Positions 7,921-14,755 of a DNA stretch of 57,719 nucleotides are shown piece by piece. Under the pieces are notes generated by a model. That model saw only the letters and a program-made list of their open reading frames with translations, was not told the origin of the DNA and made no database searches. The DNA comes from a virus. Where the stretch lies: the IMG/VR virus record IMGVR_UViG_3300012138_000001; one strand, written 5' to 3'. Position 1 is the stretch's first letter. Each line of letters opens with the position of its first letter. A program made the translations under genes and the position numbers.

Positions 7921-7942
7921 ATATTTACGAGGAGGTGTTGAT

Positions 7943-8344
7943 TTGAAAGAGCGCATAAAAAAAGTAAGGGAAAGTCTTAATATGAGCCAAGCAGAATTCA
8001 GTAAGGAAATATTGGTCGGTTCGTCCACGGTAGCAATGTGGGAGCTGGGAACAAGGAGTCCCAAAGACATACACATTTCGAAAATATGCGAAAAGTTAAG
8101 TATAAGCGAAGTTTGGTTGCGAACCGGCAAGGGCAATATGAAAAAAGAGCTTTCTATAGAAGAAGAAACATATGGACGCTTCGGGAAAATAATGGAAGTG
8201 GGAAGTCCCATAAAGAAAAACATGGCCACAATGCTATTAAAGATAGTGGAAACACTTCCGGACGAACAATGGGAAAGAATCTACGGGGAATTCAAGGCCT
8301 GCATCGACAGGGTAGAAAGAGTAGAAGAAGAGAGCGAAGATTAA
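7943..8344 (+). CDS. CI-like XRE-family repressor (133 aa, TTG start)
   Basis: GGAGGTG 5 nt before TTG 7943; LNMSQAEFSKEILVGSSTVAMWELGTRSPK HTH; same strand as integrase. Confidence 0.85.
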   Translation: MKERIKKVRESLNMSQAEFSKEILVGSSTVAMWELGTRSPKDIHISKICEKLSISEVWLRTGKGNMKKELSIEEETYGRFGKIMEVGSPIKKNMATMLLKIVETLPDEQWERIYGEFKACIDRVERVEEESED

Positions 8345-8355
8345 TCCTCGCTCTC
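8330..8355. terminator. near-perfect 26-bp palindrome spanning the repressor stop codon (hairpin, weak terminator candidate)
   Basis: GAGAGCGAAGATTAATCCTCGCTCTC; no clear U-tract. Confidence 0.35.
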
Positions 8356-8678
8356 TAAGACACTCCTTATTAAACTAATGAGACTTTTCAGGAATTTTGC
8401 GCTATGTATTTTGTCAATCAATTCATGCAGTTCGCTTTTAAGACTTTCCACGTATACACACCCCTTTCACTGCCAGCAAGCCAGATATTCCTTACAGATT
8501 TGCCGATGTGTATATTATAACTGCACAACAACGTTATGTCAACAGGAAAATAGAACACAGGTTCGACTTGTTTCGACACGCAAAAGTATTTACCACAAAC
8601 CTTAAATTTGCCCCTGCTGCTAATGGAATTTTTCCGGCAAGGGTGCATTTTTATACTCAGGGTCAGGGAGGGACGATA

Positions 8679-9920
8679 ATGGCAAAAGCAAAAAAACTAC
8701 CCAGCGGCTCCTGGAGATGCCAGGCATACAGCCACAGCGAACCGGTTTACAAAAATGGCCAGCCGGTATTGGACGGGAACGGAAAGCAGAAGCAACGGCG
8801 GGTGTATGAATCCTTTACGGCTGGCAGCGCCAAAGAAGCCCAATATATGGCTGCGCAGTTTCAGATGGATAAAGACAAGGTCCCGGCAAAGAAATCGGCC
8901 GCACGCGGTGATATGACGCTTACAGAGGCGATTGATAAGTATATCGACAGCCGTGTCCCGCTGGAACGCTCCCCTACAACCATCCAAGACTATCGGTGTA
9001 TCCAAAAATGCGGCTTCCGCGATTTGATGGACATGCAGTTAAAGGATTTTGATGAAGAAATTTTACAGGAAGCAGTCAACATGGAATCGCAGCGAAAATC
9101 TATTAAAAACGGTATTAGAACTATCTCCGCAAAGCGATTAAGAAATGAGTGGGCTCTTATTGCTGCCGTTTTGAAAAAGTATCGCAAAGAGCTTGTATGT
9201 GAGGTGGAATTGCCTCCAATAAAAGAACGGGTACCGGAACTGTTGCCGGCAAAAACCGTGATAGATATCATTCGTGGTACCGAAATCGAATTAGCCGTAT
9301 TATTAGCCGCATGGTTATCATTTTCTATGTCAGAAGTGCGCGGTTTGACAAAATCAAAATCTATATCAGGGGATTGCATCAGGATCGCAGAGGTTATTGT
9401 TGATGTTTGCGGCAAGCCCATCCGCAAGGACATGGCAAAGAATCAATACCGGAATCGTACCCATCATATTCCACCTTACATTATGCAGTTGATTCATCAG
9501 GTAGATGGTGATATACTTGTACCGATGAGCGGACACACTTTGTACCGCCGGTGGATTCGATTATTGAACGACAATGGCCTACCGCATATGACCTTTCATG
9601 ATCTGCGCCACCTTAGCGCGTCTATAATGGCTCTGCTTCGAATACCCGATAAATATGCGCAAGAAAGGGGAGGTTGGAAATCTGATCAGATAATGAAACG
9701 CGTATATATGCAGACGCTTCCTGACGAACGGAGAAAAGTGGATGCCATGATTGATAATTATTTTGAAAATATAATAAAACCAGAGGTCGGCGAAGTTGAC
9801 CAAAAAAAATATCAAGCGTGGCTTGTCTTGTTTGAAAAAGAAGATTCGGAAGATTCAAAAAATGAATTTTTATTGTTCATGCAACACGAAAAACAACACG
9901 AACCGGGAAATTCAACGTAA
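8679..9920 (+). CDS. int: tyrosine recombinase / phage integrase (413 aa)
   Basis: GGGAGGG before ATG 8679 (MAKAKKLPSGSWRCQAY); C-terminal HDLRHLSAS...GGWKSDQIMKRVY catalytic region. Confidence 0.95.
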   Translation: MAKAKKLPSGSWRCQAYSHSEPVYKNGQPVLDGNGKQKQRRVYESFTAGSAKEAQYMAAQFQMDKDKVPAKKSAARGDMTLTEAIDKYIDSRVPLERSPTTIQDYRCIQKCGFRDLMDMQLKDFDEEILQEAVNMESQRKSIKNGIRTISAKRLRNEWALIAAVLKKYRKELVCEVELPPIKERVPELLPAKTVIDIIRGTEIELAVLLAAWLSFSMSEVRGLTKSKSISGDCIRIAEVIVDVCGKPIRKDMAKNQYRNRTHHIPPYIMQLIHQVDGDILVPMSGHTLYRRWIRLLNDNGLPHMTFHDLRHLSASIMALLRIPDKYAQERGGWKSDQIMKRVYMQTLPDERRKVDAMIDNYFENIIKPEVGEVDQKKYQAWLVLFEKEDSEDSKNEFLLFMQHEKQHEPGNST

Positions 9921-10234
9921 ATACGCCACTTTTAAATAACGGTATACGGGTTAAAAGCCCGTTAATTAGGAAGTTGAAAAACAAAGCAAATTCAACGAAT
10001 GCCCGTACTTAAGCGCTTTGTGGATAACAAAGTACATAATATATACCGTAAAAATAGAACAAAAAATGCATAAATGTAATGCTATGCAACACGAAATGCA
10101 ACACGATAATAGGCAGCCGGACATCTAATACGGTATAGGCGACTACAGATGGTACGCTTTATTAAAAAACCAGATTGTCAAGAGAACCCCCGCTGGAATT
10201 AAAACTGGCGGGGGTAAATTTGTAGCACAGAGTA
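9879..10234. promoter_or_regulatory. attP-like region with clustered arm-type repeats
   Basis: ATGCAACACGAAA at 9879 and 10084; CAACACGA also at 9894 and 10100; AAATTCAACG at 9908 and 9988; ACGGTATA at 9939 and 10130, inverted at 10042. Confidence 0.5.
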
Positions 10235-10783
10235 TTAATATTTGTATCCCATCTTTTCTTCTTTTTTCTCGGCTGCATCGTGATTGTTATATTCTGTCGT
10301 CTCATAGATGTAAAGATCGTGCAGGGCAGTCCCCTGTGCTTTCATGTCAGCATACCTCTTGATCTTGCGGTTCAAGTCCACAATGGCACACTTGATGCAG
10401 CTGGCGCGCTCATATAGCGGGCAAGCCAAATCTCTAAGACAGAGCGGGGCCGCAAACATATTCGCGCTCTCCGTAATCTTCCAGTACATATCCCACAGTC
10501 CATTCCGATATTCCGCCAGAAATGTTTCGACACTATTGACGTTCGGAAACGACGCATTTGATTTCTGGGGATAAATCTCAACCTCGAACAAATCGAACGC
10601 TTCTGATTGCAGGTATTTTCGAATGTTTTCATCCTTGGTGCCTTCCATGCGTGCCTCTCGTTTTTTCCCCTGGATGCCCATGGATAAGGCCTTAACAAAC
10701 GCTGTATTTTCAAATTCTTCAAATGCATACAGATAATTCACGGTATTCTGAATCTGTCTTATGCAGTCGGCTTTATTGACCAT
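10235..10783 (-). CDS. hypothetical protein (182 aa), last gene of the unknown operon
   Basis: Packed co-directional ORF; Cys cluster CLRDLACPLYERASCIKC; followed by a GC-rich hairpin at 10187-10214. Confidence 0.7.
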   Translation of the reverse strand: MVNKADCIRQIQNTVNYLYAFEEFENTAFVKALSMGIQGKKREARMEGTKDENIRKYLQSEAFDLFEVEIYPQKSNASFPNVNSVETFLAEYRNGLWDMYWKITESANMFAAPLCLRDLACPLYERASCIKCAIVDLNRKIKRYADMKAQGTALHDLYIYETTEYNNHDAAEKKEEKMGYKY

Positions 10784-10795
10784 TTTTCTACCTCC

Positions 10796-10996
10796 TTAGA
10801 AATAAGATGTTCGCGGGTTGCCGTCCATCATCTCTTTGTGCGTGCCGCTCTGCATCTCTTTCCATCTCTCGATATGCTTTCTGTTTTCCAGCAACACGTG
10901 CAGATCGTGTTCCGCCTTGGTAAGCCCCTTGGACTCTGACCTGACCAATTCGTCAATAGCCATATCTAATTTTTCGATATATTTCTGCGTGTACAT
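10796..10996 (-). CDS. hypothetical protein (66 aa)
   Basis: Packed co-directional ORF. Confidence 0.65.
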   Translation of the reverse strand: MYTQKYIEKLDMAIDELVRSESKGLTKAEHDLHVLLENRKHIERWKEMQSGTHKEMMDGNPRTSYF

Positions 10997-10999
10997 AGC

Positions 11000-11395
11000 T
11001 TACACCTCCCGGCATCTGCGCAAATGTTCCACTCCGCGAAGGTCGAAGAAATCGGCCATGTTGTTATTCAGGTACAGCGGGATTCTTGTCCGGCCGCGCT
11101 CCGGCAGATCAATCCCGAATTCCTGATCGCCGAACGTGCATTGTGCTGTTTTCCCGCAGCTTGTTGTGATCCTGCAAACAGTTTTGAGCAACGGGATGGC
11201 ATCCGTTTCCCCCGACAATAATATTGTAACTGGGAGATTTTCTCCAGCTTCCGGCAACGGCGACGTTAACACCAAGCAGTATTTTGTGCTTGGTTCCAAG
11301 GCCGTGGGGCCGGTTACAGTGATTTGTAAATTTGTACCGACTACAGCGATAGCAGTTGATACAAGTTTAGTAAAACAATTCTTGCATGCACTCAT
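11000..11395 (-). CDS. hypothetical Cys-containing protein (131 aa)
   Basis: Packed co-directional ORF; MSACKNCFTKLV... Confidence 0.7.
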   Translation of the reverse strand: MSACKNCFTKLVSTAIAVVGTNLQITVTGPTALEPSTKYCLVLTSPLPEAGENLPVTILLSGETDAIPLLKTVCRITTSCGKTAQCTFGDQEFGIDLPERGRTRIPLYLNNNMADFFDLRGVEHLRRCREV

Positions 11396-11409
11396 TTTTA
11401 AATTCTCCT

Positions 11410-11658
11410 TTAAATTTTTTGATTTATTTGTTTAAGTTGCTCGATCATTTCAGCAGTATTTGATGCATTGCGCCTGGTATTTTCCAGATTTTCTTTTGTC
11501 AATTCGAGGGTTCTCATGTTGATCAATAGATTATTCACCGCGACGGTTAGAATGGCAGCAGTCAAAAGAGATCCCCACCAAGCACCTATAGAGCTGCGTA
11601 TAGCAATCTCATTATCGGTAATCGGTTGTTTCTTCGCCTGAAACCACGGTCGGCTCAT
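11410..11658 (-). CDS. hypothetical membrane + coiled-coil protein (82 aa)
   Basis: Hydrophobic IGAWWGSLLTAAILTVAVNNLLI; ATG 11658 chosen (AAGGCGG upstream); 47-nt overlap with 11612..11809. Confidence 0.55.
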   Translation of the reverse strand: MSRPWFQAKKQPITDNEIAIRSSIGAWWGSLLTAAILTVAVNNLLINMRTLELTKENLENTRRNASNTAEMIEQLKQINQKI

Positions 11659-11809
11659 CCACAACACCGCCTTTGCCCATGAATCCATTCACGGCTTTTT
11701 CAATACTTACACTTGCGCCGTTTATGATCCCAATGAATTTCTTTCTTTTCTCCGGATTCTCAATTAGTGTCCCGGCGTATAGCAACCCTAAAACTTGAAG
11801 CAGTGGCAT
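11612..11809 (-). CDS. hypothetical protein (65 aa), hydrophobic N-terminus
   Basis: MPLLQVLGLLYAGTLI...; packed ORF. Confidence 0.55.
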   Translation of the reverse strand: MPLLQVLGLLYAGTLIENPEKRKKFIGIINGASVSIEKAVNGFMGKGGVVDEPTVVSGEETTDYR

Positions 11810-11892
11810 TTATTCACCTCCTAAAAAACAGAGCGACATTACGCCGCTCTGTGAAGCCTTTACGACGGCAAAACGAATTATTGTTTTAGATA

Positions 11893-12459
11893 TTAGCACC
11901 AGTTGCAATCATCATCCCGGCCTCTATCGCGTCCACCAAATTCACGGAAGCGATCAAAGCAGTTCATTTGTGGCTGTACGCAAGAATCGACCGTTTTTAC
12001 AAAATGCGGCACTGCGTTTGGTTTACGCTCGATCTCCTTTTCCAGACAACCGAATTTAGCGTTCAGATTCTCCTGAAGCTCTGCAAACATACCGCTTACA
12101 AACAACTGATTCTTCTGCTCCTGGATAACCATGTCTTTTTCAAGCAGCTTTCTTTCCAGATTCTTTTCGTAAATTTTGTTTTGTTCGATAATCCCGGCAT
12201 CCCTGGATGTCACAACATCCTTGTCGATCTGACAATTGCTTACGCAGCCACAGGGATTAACCAACCGGCTCCGAACTTCATCGAAGTCGCGATCATGATT
12301 ATGTCCTTCACCACAACGGCCGCCAAACAACCCGCCGCCAGAAAAACAAGCGAAAAACAGCAAAATGATGATCAGAAATCCCAGACCACCGCCGCCGCCG
12401 AGTCCCCAACCGAGGCCACCGCCGCCGATGGAATCGTTCTCAATACTATAACTTGCCAT
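11893..12459 (-). CDS. glycine-rich membrane protein with Cys-rich coiled-coil C-terminal domain (188 aa)
   Basis: GGGGLGWGLGGGGGLGFLIIILLFFACFSGGGLFGG, then 10 Cys, ending DDDCNWC. Confidence 0.75.
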   Translation of the reverse strand: MASYSIENDSIGGGGLGWGLGGGGGLGFLIIILLFFACFSGGGLFGGRCGEGHNHDRDFDEVRSRLVNPCGCVSNCQIDKDVVTSRDAGIIEQNKIYEKNLERKLLEKDMVIQEQKNQLFVSGMFAELQENLNAKFGCLEKEIERKPNAVPHFVKTVDSCVQPQMNCFDRFREFGGRDRGRDDDCNWC

Positions 12460-12517
12460 GTTTTTTATCTCCTTTCATGATTTTTATGTTAAAGGCAGAA
12501 GCCTATAAACATTGATT

Positions 12518-12922
12518 TTATTTCATCCTATCTAGCTTTTCGCGATACGAATTTACCGGAGCACCCGCCTGCCGAGTGGGGAAAGACTGGTTTGCGCTGA
12601 AATTAGATGGCGCTTGTCTATATTGCGATTCCTGGAATCGATCTTTTATCTTGTTAAGACTTAGGCCGTTGCTCGATAAAATGCCATTAACGGCTATTTT
12701 GACGGCGGGATTTCGGTCCAATATGGTCGATATCCTGTTGACCATAGGCGCACCACCAACGGCATCTATGGCCCTGTACAATCCCTCTTCGCTACTCCCG
12801 AACTGCTTTGCGCCCTGAATGGCCTGATCAAGCATCTGCTTGCTTTCGGGATTTGACTGTATCTTTGCCGCTGCGTTTTTGCTCACCTTGCTCACTGTTC
12901 TCACCAATGAATTTAGATCCAT
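12518..12922 (-). CDS. hypothetical protein (134 aa)
   Basis: GGAGG 6 nt before ATG 12922; overlaps the end of 12828..13250 by 95 nt. Confidence 0.65.
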   Translation of the reverse strand: MDLNSLVRTVSKVSKNAAAKIQSNPESKQMLDQAIQGAKQFGSSEEGLYRAIDAVGGAPMVNRISTILDRNPAVKIAVNGILSSNGLSLNKIKDRFQESQYRQAPSNFSANQSFPTRQAGAPVNSYREKLDRMK

Positions 12923-13250
12923 CTTTTTCCTCCATCTTTGTTATTTTGTCAGAAAGTTTTTGAATAGTAGCCAGAAGAGTCGCATTGATTTCCTGTTGCT
13001 GTATTGCTTGTTCTTGCAACAACTCTTCTGCTGATTTCGGCGGTATGATGTCGCCCAGCTCCACAAGACGGTTATAGAACCCCTCTGCTTTCGATATGGC
13101 TTCATTTAACGTTGATTCGAGTTCATTGCAGTACTCAAGTGTATGGCCTATCAGGACCTGCTGGTTTGATTGAAATTCCAGAATGTCCCTTCCGGCGATA
13201 ACGCGTGTTGGATAACTGTTTATGGTTCCATTTTCAAAAGAATAATTCAT
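12828..13250 (-). CDS. hypothetical coiled-coil protein (140 aa)
   Basis: ATGA start/stop overlap with the upstream small ORF. Confidence 0.7.
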   Translation of the reverse strand: MNYSFENGTINSYPTRVIAGRDILEFQSNQQVLIGHTLEYCNELESTLNEAISKAEGFYNRLVELGDIIPPKSAEELLQEQAIQQQEINATLLATIQKLSDKITKMEEKDGSKFIGENSEQGEQKRSGKDTVKSRKQADA

Positions 13251-13411
13251 TCATGCCCCTCCTGTAATCCCATAGATATTTCTCCAATCAATGCCAAAAC
13301 ATTTAGATTGTCCGCGCAATCAATAGATAAATAGAAATCAAACATATCCTCCGCCTCTGCTTCTTTGTATCCGATTCGCATCATCCGGTCAACAAACTGC
13401 TTTTCACTCAT
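13247..13411 (-). CDS. hypothetical small acidic protein (54 aa)
   Basis: MSEKQFVDRMMRIGYKEAEAEDMF...; ATGA overlaps at both ends; below the track cutoff. Confidence 0.55.
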   Translation of the reverse strand: MSEKQFVDRMMRIGYKEAEAEDMFDFYLSIDCADNLNVLALIGEISMGLQEGHE

Positions 13412-13659
13412 ATAATTTTCCGTACCTCCGCCATAAAGTCACCCAATGGCACGCCGTAGCTTCTGGCAACACTCTCGCCGCACTGAACGCCGCTTTGCAG
13501 CATTAATTTGAAGCGTTCCCGTTGTGCGTCGCCCATCCCATTTACGAAGAGCCTGGCGCAGTTCCCGGCGGTGACTGAATGGCTGTCGGCTTCTTTCTTT
13601 TTGCCGGCCGGTGCGTTCTTGGATGCCGGTGGCTGAATTAAATTACTTACCATCTCCAA
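13408..13659 (-). CDS. hypothetical protein (83 aa)
   Basis: Packed co-directional ORF. Confidence 0.65.
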   Translation of the reverse strand: MEMVSNLIQPPASKNAPAGKKKEADSHSVTAGNCARLFVNGMGDAQRERFKLMLQSGVQCGESVARSYGVPLGDFMAEVRKII

Positions 13660-13825
13660 ACCTCCCGTAGCTCATTGATAAAACAATGCACGCAGCTTCA
13701 ATAAAATCCTTGCTGAAATGCTTCTTTTCTTTGGCTTCTTTGATTGCGTCAAGCGTCATTTCTGTCAAATCTGTCAAGGCTTCGTCTAATTTATCAATCA
13801 CGCTGAAACCTCCTGTCACGTTCAT
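13643..13825 (-). CDS. hypothetical protein (60 aa), first gene after the terminator
   Basis: First ORF downstream of the 13916-13951 terminator. Confidence 0.6.
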   Translation of the reverse strand: MNVTGGFSVIDKLDEALTDLTEMTLDAIKEAKEKKHFSKDFIEAACIVLSMSYGRFGDGK

Positions 13826-13915
13826 TTCTTATATGCTAATTTTAAGGGATTTTGGGGAAAGAAAAGCATTTGAATAATGCCTATAAAACTTAGAAAAAGT
13901 GTTGGGAAAATGTAA

Positions 13916-13951
13916 TAAAAAAAGAGACTCCATATAATAAAGAAGTCTCTT
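13916..13951 (-). terminator. rho-independent terminator
   Basis: 8-bp stem (13944-13951 / 13922-13929) followed by a T run on the minus strand. Confidence 0.7.
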
Positions 13952-13961
13952 GTGTTTAAAT

Positions 13962-14306
13962 CTATCTTGAGTTTTTCTTCCCGGCACCCACCGGATACAG
14001 CACAACAGGCATACCGTCCGGCTGATTCTTGAAAAAAGCAGAATTTCGATAATCCAGGGTGTACCCCATTTCAAGAGCAAACTTGGCGCAATCGGGATAT
14101 CTTTCAACATGCGCTGTTATCTTGCCGACAAAGAGCGGATATCTGCTTTCGTCACAATCAGTATTCTTCAATTCGTCAAGACTTTCCGAAATGCAATCCA
14201 GAATATTTTTCAATACCAGATTTTCTAATTCCAATTTTTCTGTCCTTGTCATATCATTCCTTTCTGCCCCGGATACCGCCGGGGCCGGTATATGCTTTTT
14301 ATCCAA
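13962..14306 (-). CDS. hypothetical protein (114 aa)
   Basis: Overlaps the upstream ORF by 8 nt; followed by a terminator. Confidence 0.7.
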   Translation of the reverse strand: MDKKHIPAPAVSGAERNDMTRTEKLELENLVLKNILDCISESLDELKNTDCDESRYPLFVGKITAHVERYPDCAKFALEMGYTLDYRNSAFFKNQPDGMPVVLYPVGAGKKNSR

Positions 14307-14502
14307 AAATGATTAGTACTAACATGAATGTCATAACCATTCCCATCATAATCAGCGCAAACAGATAGTCACTATTAAAATGCGATTCTCGCTCGTACCG
14401 CTGTAATCTCGATGCCCTGAGGAATGCGTCTTTGTCCTTCTCTGTTCTCTTAATCGTATTCAAGTGATTGTAAAACCCTTGGCGGTTTGGATTCTTTTTC
14501 AT
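14299..14502 (-). CDS. small tail-anchored membrane protein (67 aa)
   Basis: Basic N-terminus, C-terminal YLFALIMMGMVMTFMLVLIIFG. Confidence 0.65.
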   Translation of the reverse strand: MKKNPNRQGFYNHLNTIKRTEKDKDAFLRASRLQRYERESHFNSDYLFALIMMGMVMTFMLVLIIFG

Positions 14503-14513
14503 GTGATATTCTC

Positions 14514-14627
14514 CTATTCTTCAATCAAAGTTTTTACTACTGTATAAATGCTCCGGCAATCTTTTTCGCTGTCAACTTTTTCAAGCATTTCGATGATTAA
14601 CTCCTTGTATTTCTCACGCTCTGTCAT
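14514..14627 (-). CDS. micro-protein (37 aa), MTERE paralogue 2
   Basis: MTEREKYKELIIEMLEKV...; ATGA overlap with paralogue 1. Confidence 0.5.
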   Translation of the reverse strand: MTEREKYKELIIEMLEKVDSEKDCRSIYTVVKTLIEE

Positions 14628-14755
14628 GATTTTTTACCCCTTTCACATGCGCACACGCTTTCCACAAGCGCATATACGCGTTTTATAAAAGTGTCGCTGC
14701 CTAATCTTTCCAGATAAACTACAATTGATTTGATGTATACTTCGCGTTCTGTCAT
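14624..14755 (-). CDS. micro-protein (43 aa), MTERE paralogue 1
   Basis: MTEREVYIKSIVVYLERL...; ATGA overlap with the stop of 14752..15720. Confidence 0.5.
   Translation of the reverse strand: MTEREVYIKSIVVYLERLGSDTFIKRVYALVESVCACERGKKS

Noticed and set aside
8418-8648. 76-aa minus-strand ORF between the repressor and integrase
   Set aside because: It has no RBS, lies in the integrase promoter/leader, has odd composition, and runs against the local transcription direction.
10114-10123. 10-mer CCGGACATCT shared with 19220-19229
   Set aside because: Pairwise 10-mer matches are expected hundreds of times in a 57-kb sequence, and there is no supporting context.
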